Source: Tubulanus polymorphus
Taxonomy: Eukaryota > Animalia > Nemertea
Assembly: GCF_964204645.1 (NCBI RefSeq)
Contig: NC_134031.1
Span: 19,661,910 to 19,725,909, forward strand
Length of the DNA stretch: 64,000 nt
Direction of reading: 5' to 3'
The position numbers and the translations under genes were made by a program. The notes under the pieces were generated by a model, which was not told the origin of the DNA, searched no databases, and saw only the letters and a program-made list of their open reading frames with translations. Positions 39,401 to 51,108 of the stretch are shown piece after piece; within the stretch, counting starts at the first letter, position 1, and the number at the start of each line of letters is the position of its first letter.

Positions 39401-42400
39401 ATATAGTATGATTTTTGCTTATAAAACGAATAAGTTACAGATTGGCAAATAGATTAATTGTACACCACTTGCCTCCAATCTTGTTGACCAGTAAACTTTC
39501 TCAGATGCAGCTAGTGAATTGCGGGTTGTCGATACATTAATTGGAGTAGCTAACTTTAAAACATTTTGTCTAGGACACTTGGTCTGTGAGGCAATCAGCT
39601 CCGCGGTAATCGCAATCTACTGCGATATATTTGATGATTGGTAACTGATTAGATATCTCATCAATAGTTCTGTTTGTAGGGGACAGCGTGGGACATTTTA
39701 AACCATTCTTGGCATTCACAATAAAACGGGTTCATGAAAAAGTTTAAGATACTGTGCGCGCTTTATATTGAAATTATCGCTGACGATTATTAATTTATTC
39801 ATATATTGTCTTCTAAATCTATCCTTCATGCAATCAATACTAATTATTGTTATTAACTAATCAATCGTAAGGTCGCGTGGACCCGTGTATTGTTTTACTG
39901 ATAATGCGCAATCGTAAATATTTCAGTAATGATTCGCGGTGTGTAATTGAATAAAATAGAATGGTTTATTATATCATATTCAGACATCTTCTATTCTCCG
40001 TATGAATACGACTGTCGAAAGTCAGGAAAGTTCGAACTGATATCGGATGATATTCAACTATTCAACAGTGACAGAAGTGAATAATGATCGTCCAGATGAT
40101 TTCAACTGAATCTCTGCATTTTCCCGGTCGCAGTACAGCCCCTGCACACTTTGATGTGGAGAATGATAAAGTCAAAACCGACTACAGCAGAGAACTCGCT
40201 TAATTCGGATTTTCATTAATTCTGATGAAGTATTTGGTCCATTTAACCTGGAACCATGTTAAGATTATTAATAATTTGGATTTTAAAAAATCTGGGCAGT
40301 CCCTAGTCATTAGAATTTATCTTGTAAAAAAGACGCAATGTTTCGAACTATCCCCATGAGACTCATCATTGTCATTTTACCAAATTTAAGGTTACACTAA
40401 GTTGAAGACCAGAACGTAAAGTAGATAAAAAAAACTTGCATGGTTAAACAACTCTGTACATTTAGAATAGTCTCTGTGCAGTAATAAAAATATTTAGAAT
40501 TGTCGAAAAATGTCTGCCTTATGATTAATGGTAGCGACTTCTCGACTTAGACCTCAAATTCAACTATATTCTGACCTTACTGGTCAATCCAGGAATACCA
40601 ACACCTAGATATCGTCTGAAAGCTATTCTAAAGCTATGAAACGAAAAGAATGATGAAAAATTGAGATATTTCGAATACTGACATTTCTTGGTTTGACTCT
40701 GTAGACGGGATCCATTCTTTCTGTACAGTATACAATTTCACTTTTCGTCTCCTCTACGAAAAAATCATTGCGAAATCTTTTTTTCGACATTTTCGCGATG
40801 AAATTCTCTCGAAAGATATGCACTTTATACTCGCTGGTCAAACTTCCCTCCGTGAAATGCGTAATTCCGTCGAGATCATTCCGCGAAATGATTTTCTATC
40901 CGAATACTTTTTCACGCGACAAAAATTTTACGGCTGACATGAATCGATAAAAAGCTGATATCCGTTTCGCTATTTTTTCCAACACCGAATGATATTGAAT
41001 TCGTTGTCGGTTTCGGGAATAATTGGTCGTATCTACGCTACTGGAATGTCATCGAATTCGAAAAGCAATTTGCGATATTGACAAGAGTTCATTTGTTACG
41101 TTGAAGTGAGTCCTGGTTGATATCGCGTTATCAAACTCTGATCGAAAATATTTGAGTTAACGACGATTCTGTCGCTAGTGGAAAAAGTGTAACAAATGAA
41201 TTATTGATAAACCAGAATTATGCGTGAATGAAATTCCATATTTTCATGAACTGAAGCTACTGAACCGATGGACTGTCCTGCTATCGATAAAGCTTTAAAG
41301 GGGGCATGGCAGTAAGAAAATGGAAAATATCTCTTGAGAAAAAAATTGTAGAAATAGTTGGTACCGTGGGATGATCATACGTACATTGATGACTTCAAAT
41401 CTCAAATGACTACTTAAATTGAGTGAAATAGAAATACATGAAGTCGGGCTTGAAAATAGCGATGACTGGTGCCACTTACCTAAACTTAGCTAAAAGTCAG
41501 GGAAATTTGTCGAGATTGTTAAATCATGCGTAAAATCAAACAGTTTCCGCCTATAACTTACATATTCGACTCTGTTAATTGATTGGATTCTTAGCAGATC
41601 GAGTCAGGGAAAAGCGAGTCCAATAAAAAGTGGCCACCATATAATGGAAATTATTTGCTGAAAATAGCAGTTTTTGAGGAAAACATTTTTTGACTTACTC
41701 GTGTAAATTTCGGGATATCGTCCATATATCCGGAGTGTGGAATATCAGCCATGTTTGCCGCGTTTTCAAACACCAAAACAACAAGTTGAAATCCGACGAG
41801 CTCTAGTTATGTGTTTTATACGCCGGTGCAGTGTAGATTGTGTCGTTAAGCGAGCGAGCGAGCGAGCACTGTGACTGTCCTGGACACGACCGGTCACCGC
41901 GTGGAGTGTCGGTTGGGAGACGACTATTGTATACTGGATTATTATGAATCTCGGCTTGAGACTTCTGTTCTAATCTCTGTCTGTTTTGTTCTATGGCGAT
42001 ACATTACAATCTTAAGCTGTGCTTTATCTTAATTTTACAAATAATTGATTAACAGCATTGTATAAGAATAAGAGGATTTTGAACTATTATTTACGGATAT
42101 AGTTTCATAATTTTGAATTTTATGACGCGCGATTCAGGTTTTCAAAATATGTTCAGTACTTGTCAAGGTTAACTCCGGCTCGAGGCATGTTCAGGAAAAA
42201 TGTTTCTAGGTGGTAGCTGTTTTTCAACGTTCAAAAATTCAGGTATCTAGAGATGTTTTGAAGACACCTGTTCGATGTGGTGTTTCTGTGTGTTGTAGGA
42301 AATTTTTAGGGCAGCAAACAGTATTTTAAAAAGACGTATTTCCTGGAATAATGAAGATTAGATCTTACGTATTAGACCCCCTGCTTGTACTTCTTAATGT

Positions 42401-45400
42401 GTCACACCTGAAAGAAGTTTAAGCTGAAACTAGTCCATACTATAGCCGCGATCACACTGAGACGACTAGACCCGGGCTTAATTGGCCCGGACCAGGCTGG
42501 AGTCAAATTTGGCCCTTGCCTAATTAGAGAGTGCATTCACACTGAAACCACTCCTTCAATACTAAACAATGCTTATGAAGCGAAATGAATCACTTCCGAT
42601 GCCAGTTGCAATTCGCATGCAATAATTTGACCCATGCTAAAATTTGGTTGGGCCATAAGCACGGGCCCATTTGGCATCTGTGCGAACAGCAAAATTTGCT
42701 TGTGTGTTCACGTCTAATAGTTAAGAGTTCTCTGTTTCTAGGAGATCGTGAACATGGGAAATAATGCGGAGTGACTCGAGAACAGGTTGTTTAATTTTCG
42801 CAAGTGCAACGTTTGATTGTAACATGAATGTGTGAAACACTGTTCGTAACTCGTAATATTTGAGGAAATATCGTTTCTATTTGAATGGATTAAATTCACG
42901 ACATTCTAAACCTTCAGTTTCCTGCATTGATCACGGTCGAGATTAAACAGACACCGGGTTACATTATATCCGTTGGTATTTGTTTTGTAACGCCGCTAGC
43001 CGGAGAATAAATGAAGAAAACAAACAATACTTTCCCCTCGCGCAGGTTTCCCATTTTGCTAATGGTCTTCAAATATATACCGGGCTATGTTTGATTAGGC
43101 TTCCGGGGTCCGGTATTGCTTGTCAATTTGTGGAACGAATTGAAATCCTGTTTGACAACAGAAAATACTCACGTAATGATGGGAAATCCTTTACAAATTA
43201 TCAACGTACTAAGTGAAAGTAGGGCCAGTTTTATGAACTTATTCAAATTAAGCGGCTTAAATCGGGTTTGAAATACGTTCTGGCTCGTGTTGGAAATGTG
43301 ATGAAATAAACAATTAGCGTATGGCCCCCACACCCTCTTAAATTGACAATCAATCCTTTCAAACGCTAATCATCGAGTTGAAAGCTTCTTCTGGTTTTAA
43401 TTGACCGATTCTCCGGGGAGTTCTAAGATTATTCTTTCCCAAACCGAAACGAATAAAAGACATGAAATGTTTAAGCAGTCATGGAATGTTGATTTAAGTT
43501 ATTACAGTTTAATGCGTTAGCCTTCTTCGTCTCACAGTTGGTAGTCGAAATGCACTTACCATAATACATTATTGAAAAGCCAGTTTTATAGACTATTGGT
43601 ATTGACGTTAACTCCAGGGTCTAATTTCATAAAATTAACGTGATTGAATTAAACACGGGGCAAAGAAAAAGAAGGGCATTTTTCAGATAAAGCAGTTATA
43701 GCAGGCTCCCCCTCGATATTAGAAAATATTTGCAGAGAAACATCCTTGAAGATTCAATTTCTGAGAGGATGTGTTACAATTAACAAGTTGTGAATGCTTT
43801 CATGACAGAAAGGGATCTCAGAACCCCTGGAAATACCCCCTATAAATCCACCCTTGATTGACTCATCGAAATTGTTACTAGCCTGAAAAAAAACCTACGA
43901 AAACGATTTCATTTTGAAAGTTATCAGATTTTATTCTCTGATTTTTCAGTATTCGATGTTCGTATTTGATTCGACTATTGGACAACAATTACTACGACTC
44001 AGCTATAGAGACCCGGGACCAGCGGCGACCGGTGGTGGACCAGCGGTGACCGGTCGACGACCGGCGGTTAACCGTCTATCATCGAGTAAGAAGATTCTCT
44101 ACGCTGTTTTAACGATCGGTTCTCATTGGTTGAACGATCGGTCGACGGATTTAAAATCATCGACAACTCGTTTTAAATATCATCAACTGGTAATTTCGCT
44201 TTCATTGATTCCCTACATGTAGGATATGGACTTAGAATTGGCTTCCGTATGACATTTACAAGAACAAAGTGACTCCCGATTCCTCGAAATTTGAAATTTT
44301 CTCCTCTAACAATAATTGAAGACTCTTCCTTAAATCCAGGAATGTCCTGTGGAAACCCCATTTTAAAAATTGCATATTTTTCTCTACAAAATTTGTTTCA
44401 GATGTGGAAGATTGTTGACGTATTTGAGAAATGTCTGAAGTTGGCGTCGTTGGTGAATTTCGCCGTGTTTTTACAGCAGGGATGTTATCAGTTACTGGTC
44501 GAACGGATTGTCGGTCTGCAATCAGTTTTCCCTCGTCGGCAATACGTACGACAACTGAGCTACGAATTCATGAACCGTGAACTACTGTGGCACGGGTTTT
44601 CTGTAAGTATCCAGCGTACAGATAGCGACTCGTAGTCATAAAAGCCGCGATCACACGGAGATGATTTAACCCGGGCCAAATTGGTACGGATCAGAGCGTG
44701 GTCACATGCAAACCACTCACTTGATACTTAATAACAATGCTAGATTGGTATAGAACTAAGTTCATCTTAAGTCTAGCGCACATCGACACAGCGATTGGAG
44801 ACAACTAGTTACAAGGCAGTTTTCGGCGCATGAGAGGAACTGGCTGGATACGATCAGTTGCTTGAATGTGTCGATGTGAGCGAGCTTACGATTGGTAAGC
44901 GTCGATCTATCTCCAGTTCCAGCCAGTTGCCCATGTTCTACTTTCGAGCAACTGGTTGTACTCAATCGCGGTCATATCCGTCGATGTGCGCGCTCTGGAT
45001 CTCGACGATCGACACGCGCCATGCAGTTGCTGCAACTGACCGGTTGTAACTAGATTTCGATGTGCGCGGGGTAATCGTTCGGTATCAACTAGTTGTCTCC
45101 AATCGCAGTGTCGATGTGCGCTAGGCTTTAGATTGGTCTTAAATCTAAGCCATAATCAAGTGGCTCCTGCCGATATTACCATTATTCGCAATCCATTTAC
45201 CATGTCCATTATTTGGATTTGGAAATTTACCAGTCATTAGCAGTAACTACAGTCAAAGCCTGTCATTAATTCTTATTCTACTGCTCACTAAACACCAACA
45301 TTACTTTTTGAGAACTAATATGCCTAATCTTGCTCAAATTCAATGAAAATACTATTCTTTATATTGCCAAATTTGTTATAACGCTATATTTAGATTGATC

Positions 45401-46140
45401 CCGATGATAGCATTACAGTAGAAAACACTTTTCGCTGTCTGTGACTGTGTTCATTTTACTTGCAGGAATTTTTATTATTCGTTCTGCCATTTATAAACTT
45501 TCACAAGATCAAAAATGCCGTACAACGCGTGTTTCACAGTCGTAGTACAGCAGACGGACTCGGCGATAAGAACATGGACGAGTGCGCCATCTGTGGGCAA
45601 TCTCCGATCGGACCACGTGAAATCGGTTGCAATCATGTATTCTGTTACTATTGTATACAGGTACTGTATTCATACATCATACCATCATTACAGAGAAACC
45701 TCAATACGACGAACTTCAGGGGACCAGAAAATATTTTCGCTCACCAAATTTTAATTGAAATGTAGAAGAAATGTAACGCGGAAGACCGAGTAACTACTAG
45801 CGACACCTGGCGGATCCTCGCTTGCTAGAGGTGGAATCCTCGATTGCCACAGTATCGATGTGGGTTCTCTAGTATCCAATTTGGGACAAAATTCTAGGTT
45901 CGTAATAACCGAAAAATCATTATATCTGAGGTCATTGTAATGAGGTTCCACTGTAGTTTGCTCTTTATCTTAGAAATGTTCATCATTTGAACCAGATTGA
46001 TGTCAATTCTCTGATCCTCGTTTCAGAGTAATGTTCTCGCTGATAGCAAGTATTCGTGTCCTGTTTGTGGACATAGTTTATCAAGTACGGACGAAATCAA
46101 ACCCGTTCAAGTCTACATCGAATTAAACGACGTTACGTGA
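36433..46140 (+). CDS. PEX2: Peroxisome biogenesis factor 2 (RING peroxin), 7 coding exons, 307 aa
   Basis: Exons 36433-36465, 36951-37028, 37154-37216, 43950-44189, 44402-44602, 45466-45660, 46027-46140. Motifs [51 protein letters not shown] and C3HC4 RING CAIC..CNHVFCYYC..CPVC. Confidence 0.95.
38110..38186 (-). mobile_element. SINE central-domain fragment
   Basis: Minus strand reads gtgtcctgagcaagacac...ttgcctctctttacccagtaattgggtacctgg, resembling the conserved core of metazoan tRNA-derived SINEs (from recall, not aligned). Confidence 0.4.
38898..39014 (-). CDS. Candidate rootletin alternative first exon inside PEX2 intron 3 (MSSWVVSQLAAAPGYLSDDSERYSLPARITDTRSVVWAP)
   Basis: gtgATG, 39 open codons, CCG|GTAAGT phase 0, compatible with rootletin exon 28979. 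X-box-like GTCTCTATAGCCAC at 39103-39116. Confidence 0.5.
41699..41752 (-). CDS. Candidate rootletin alternative first exon inside PEX2 intron 3 (MADIPHSGYMDDIPKFTR)
   Basis: Strong Kozak aacATGg, CGA|GTAAGT phase 0. TATAAAA on the minus strand at 41820-41814 in a CpG-richer upstream block. Confidence 0.5.
44770..45127. mobile_element. PIF/Harbinger-type MITE in PEX2 intron 5
   Basis: About 40-bp TIRs (AGTCTAGCGCACATCGACACAGCGATTGGAGACAACTAGTT and its near-perfect complement) with TTA on both flanks. Confidence 0.8.
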
Positions 46141-46892
46141 CCATTCTATTCACCTTGTTAAAAATTTGTTACAAATAAATGTTTTAGATAATTTGAAAAT
46201 TTGTTTTTCTACTTACATTTTGTTCCCGATTTCATATATATATAACCTTTTCTGGTGCTCGCGATAGAACTTAAGGAGTCGTCCCCACACACGGTCAGAT
46301 TACATTTGGAGGCAGTATAATTTTATTGGCACCCCTATGATGCCGTCATGGCGGACTGGGCAGAAACCGATGATTAAACCACTCCGGCGAGGAAGATAGA
46401 CCGGGCAGTCTGCCTCCCACTGCAGACTCAAGGGATTGAAGGAATATCAGAGTCCAGGCGAGTTTAACATCACAATACAAGCCATTTTTAAAGACTTTCG
46501 TATGATTAAATTCTCTGTGCGAGTATCATGAAAATAAAATCAAAGCTCACTCTTTTTTAAAAACAAGAGAATAATCAGAAAGTGGATTCATTAAGAGTGA
46601 CCAACATTTTATTTAACGTACATGTAAAGTGTACATAACAATAGCAAAATACAGCATTTTTCAAACACACGAAACAATGAAAAACACGGTGAAAATACAT
46701 ATAATTTTGCAATCACCCACAAAAACATTCAACTATATACGTATAAAAATATACATGCAATAAAATATACGAGTCCCGGGGTTGAAAAGATAAATGCATT
46801 GTCTTTAAACTGTCGTAAGATGTCGAGAAGATGGCCGATCTGTGTACCCCACTAAATTCTCTGTTACCGATTTTCAGTATTTTAGGAAGTTG

Positions 46893-49187
46893 TCACAAAG
46901 TTTCTTTAGTTCCGCTTTCTTCTACGTATAGCTGCATCTGAATAAACGGCGAAATTAATGAGATTTTTAACAAAATCATTGAAACTTCCTCGATTCGTAA
47001 CAAAAACTTACTTTGATTAATGAAGAATTAAGCGCCTTCAGTGGAACAACGTTCGCATCTTCGATAATAGTCTGACTTTCATCGGCTTCGATCCACGGGA
47101 AATCCTGACCCAAGAAATAACAGTACAACGTCATCATTAAACAGGGCGCCCACTTCTATTTGACTCACTTATTCCCTGTCATGCACCTTGTTTTCCCTGA
47201 CCTGATTTGCTAACAATCCTTTTCAATGACATAATTATATACCCGGATAAGCTTAAATATATATAGGGAGGTTGCTTTTTCCCTGACTTTTTCCTGTCGC
47301 GCACCTTGTTTTCCCTTGACTTGATTTGCTAACAATCCGATTACCCTCAGTCAAAATACGTGAGACATAGACGGAAACTCTTCGATTATATTCATGGTCC
47401 AACAATCTCAACAAATTTCCCTGAATTTTACCTTTTTTTTTTTATACAAAATTCCCGATTATTCCCTGATTTTTTAAAATACAAATGAAAATTCCCCAAC
47501 TTTTCCCTGATTTCCAGGTAAGTGGCCATTTCGTTAAATTGAAGTTCTCGAGTCATATTTCTTTCCTCCATTTGAGATTTTACCTTTTCAATTTGACGTT
47601 CTTCGATCTCGAGGAAAGTGGAATCTTTCGTATGAACTTGAACTGCCCAGGAACATTCTGAATAATCGAATATGAATTGAATTATAGAATTGCTCACATT
47701 TTTCATTCTCAAAACGCAGTATAATAGTTACCTTCGGGGAGACTTTCTAATGTAGCGTCGCATATATTCAATTTGAGTAGAAATGCTCGCAACGATTGCT
47801 CTAACTTTAATAAAAACTTATCTTCACTGAAATAAATAAAAGACATGGGAGTGAAGACACGGGATACACTGCTAGGAGTGAGGACACAGGATACACTGCT
47901 AGGAGTGAAGACACAGGATACACTGCTAGGAGTGAAGACACGGGATACACTGCTAGGAGTGAGGACACAGGATACACTGCTAGGAGTGAAGACACGGGAT
48001 ACACTGCTAGGAGTGAAGACACAGGATACACTACTAGGAGTGAGGACACAGGATACACTGCTAGGAGTGAAGACACGGGATACACTGCTAGGAGTGAGGA
48101 CACAGGATACACTGCTAGGAGTGAAGACACGGGATACACTGCTAGGAGTGAAGACACAGGATACACTACTAGGAGTGAGGACACAGGATACACTGCTAGG
48201 AGTGAAGACACGGGATACACTGCTAGGAGTGAAGACACGGGATACACTGCTAGGAGTGAAGACACAGGATACACTGCGGATACAGTAGAAATCGACGTCA
48301 GTTGTTACCTCAATGACGGATTTTGTTTAGTTCCAATTTCGAATGTGAATTTTTCCAGAGGTTTGTGATCGGGAGATAAGATGATGAGGCAGATTTTCTC
48401 GAGTGATTGTCGATCTAAAATCAGTTTCAGTCCGGTGATTGTGTCTTGAATATATTTGTTTACGTCCGGATGGCAACACATCTAAAAACAAAGGTGATGA
48501 ATGTATTCTAGGGAAAGTCCCGCTTTTTAAGAGGCAGTCCTTTTTCAAGAAAAGAGGCACTTTTTCACCAGAAAAAGGGAACTTTCCTATTGTAAAAGGA
48601 CATTTAAATATGAAGTCTCCGGGTACCTGAATAAATCATTTGAGAATAAGTTACTTGTCATTCAAAAAAAAAACCCCGTGAAATTAGGTACGCAAATGGA
48701 AATATCTTGACCGAGATTTTTTTGACACCGACATTTTGAAGGGATGCAGATGAACTGATTACGAAACCACGGATGGAAACGTCGCATGGAGAACACGTGT
48801 TGTTCAGATACTAACCTGTACTGGTACGTTGTATTTCTTGCGCCGTTCGAACACACCTGAAGGGTAAACCTCCCTCACATAGAGAATACAGTGAAATGCC
48901 ACTTCTAGAAACTCGCTCAAAATATCAACAGCGACTGAAAAATAAGAAGGCCAAATAATCAGACAGATCTCAGGTCGATATACATAAAAGTTTCATCTGG
49001 TTAAGTGATCACGGAAATTTTGATGGCATGTCCCTTTTACAATTCGATTATAACCATCTTTTGCAGATTTGTCTTTTTTTTAAAAGTTGATGACTAACTA
49101 AGATTAATGTGATAAATTCTGATACGAACCTTGTGTGACATCTTGCTGTATATCACTAGAAGAAGCTGAACCCGCTGTTGAATACAT
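46893..49187 (-). CDS. MAD2L2: MAD2L2/REV7 HORMA-domain protein, 7 coding exons, 218 aa
   Basis: Exons 49187-49130, 48934-48816, 48481-48309, 47826-47732, 47657-47584, 47104-47012, 46937-46893. Translation includes [76 protein letters not shown] and MQLYVEE. Confidence 0.93.
47848..48277. repeat. 27-bp minisatellite, about 16 copies, in MAD2L2 intron 3
   Basis: Unit GGAGTGA(A/G)GACAC(A/G)GGATACACT(G/A)CTA repeated head to tail. Confidence 0.95.
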
Positions 49188-49507
49188 AATGAAACCGAAA
49201 TAGTATGATTTGCGAATACGAGGCTATTAAGGAATATTTTTGGAATTAATTTAGTAGAGCTGTCAAATTTATTTCTGGGTTAGTGTTACCGTTTGCCGAA
49301 TATCGGTGGGGGCAGCACCATCCGGTCACAAAAGCGTAAAAGCCCTTGAGGAGTTTGTAGGATTTCGGAGCCACCCTCATGATTAAATAATATTCTTCTG
49401 GGATTCGAACCCAATAGATTTGAGTCTCCTCCATATATAACCACCCAGCTGGCTTCATTTGATTTCAAGTGCGCAAATATCTATTTCGTCGAACGAAGAG
49501 TGCTAAA

Positions 49508-50643
49508 ATGGGTGTTAAAGTTCACATAGAATATTGGTGAGGATTTTGTCCTGAATTCTGGAGCGACTACAGTTTAGGTGTCCCTAATCTAGTGATTATG
49601 TACCTATTCTTACCGCGGCATATCTGGCTACTATTAAATTAAATAATTAATAATTATTATTGTTTACACCATGTCCAGTCCAGGCCTATTTAACAATATT
49701 CTTTAGAGCGTCACTCTCAGTGGAAAGGTGACCTAAACTGCAGTTAGTTGAATATTTGAATTTTATCCTTTAATTTCATTTTTTCCACCCCCAAATCCTA
49801 GGTTTTTGTCGGCATATCTGTGTATGAGTTTGGACGGGACGTGCAAGGTGCGATGCTATAGCTGAAAACATATGTTTGATTATTTTTCAGTGGTGGGTGA
49901 GGTTACGGACCTCGCTTCCGGGAGTTGAGCCAGCAAATTAGCGAGGCTTGCCCTGAAGCCGAGGTCTCTGGCAGTGTCGGACGATCCTGTATGTAAAGTA
50001 TAAAAAACTGCGCTCATTTTCCGAAAAACATTCATAGAGAAGAAATTTAAGATATTTATTCGGATTTTTTTCAGCTTCGTTCGAAGTGACTGTGAACGAT
50101 GAGTTGGTTTTTTCCAAGCTGAAAACCAGTGGATTTCCAGTTGTGAAAGAGGTAATTATCAAAACCTAATTTTATGCGCAGTTAATTGATAGTTCTATCT
50201 CTAATCTCGTCTATTATAACTAGACTTGCAATGCTGTAAGGCTTGAACTCTATAAACACTTTGATTTTAGTAGCCCAAAATGGGATGTTAAGCATGAAAA
50301 CATATGTTGTCATGTTGATACTATGTTGACTCATCAGTCAGTCACATTGATAGTCAGTGGCTGAGGCCTACGGACAGATCATGGCTTGATTAAGAAAAGA
50401 ATAGGGGCCTACTTCTAAAATCAGTAGATCGAATGAAACAACAATGAATATTTCCGCATGCGAGGGAAAGTGAAGGCAGCTGCGAATAACTCTTTATTTA
50501 CAATCTGACCTGCTTCAATCATTAATGACGGTGCTTTGTCATTTTATATTCTACAGGTAATGGAACAAATAGAAAAAGCGTCGCAAGGCGACAAACCTCA
50601 ATATCTGGAAAATTCTGAATCGCCTGGGTGTATAATTCTTTAA
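49508..50643 (+). CDS. MIEN1: Selenoprotein, Rdx/SelW family (MIEN1/SelW2-like), copy A; CGGU motif and C-terminal CaaX (CIIL); 96 aa
   Basis: Exons 49508-49536, 49891-49988 (in-frame TGA at 49898-49900), 50075-50151, 50557-50643. Protein: MGVKVHIEYCGGUGYGPRF...SFEVTVNDELVFSKLKTSGFP...SESPGCIIL. SECIS-like hairpin downstream. Confidence 0.88.
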
Positions 50644-51021
50644 TTATCACGCTGAAAATGAGGAATCTCTCGCATTTTCAGTGATCACGATCAACTTATG
50701 CACGAATGATGAATCAGGCTATGAAACAAATGGCAAGAAACTTTTTTTTCGTTTAAATGTTGTGAGTAATCGACACTGAATTTCAAGTCTATCTCGACAG
50801 AATTCGACGCTGAACTCCTTTTACTGCAGTGTTGCATCTAGTTAAAAGTTGTATCAATAGATGGAGCATGAGTAAGGCTAATCTTTCACTTGAAGGACGT
50901 TTTATATCTGTGTACAACTACCCCCCCTGGCGGTCATCGTTTTCATTATTCAAGCATGCATTTGTATTGTGATCGCTCTGTTGAAATATCGCCGTTATAT
51001 TCACGTGGTCATCACGCCTGA

Positions 51022-51108
51022 CTGGAACTTACATCATGACGGCACGAGACCGCAAACGTCCTCACTCGACGTTGGTTTCTGCTCGATTTAAACCCTCGTA
51101 AACGCCAG
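51022..51108 (+). promoter_or_regulatory. SECIS element (type II-like), copy A 3' UTR
   Basis: ATGA at 51036, stem cggcacgagacc/ggtttctgctc, unpaired AAA, mini-stem cgtc/gacg, closing GA at 51085. Confidence 0.8.

Noticed and set aside
40333-40372. Hammerhead-ribozyme-like ATGATGAG...CGAAAC on the minus strand
   Set aside because: Core CUGAUGA is mutated and stems I-III do not pair convincingly.
41470-41490. Minus-strand AG|GTAAGT donor in the PEX2 intron
   Set aside because: Part of a MITE terminus (ggtaagtggc(c)ac, also seen at about 4945 and 47517), with no upstream ATG frame.
44762-45049. ORFs on both strands
   Set aside because: Inside a palindromic MITE; no transposase motifs.
47848-48277. 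CRISPR-like array
   Set aside because: Contiguous tandem units with no unique spacers; eukaryotic context; no cas genes.
47807-48288. 155-aa and 147-aa repetitive ORFs
   Set aside because: Artefacts of a 27-bp (multiple of 3) minisatellite inside a MAD2L2 intron.
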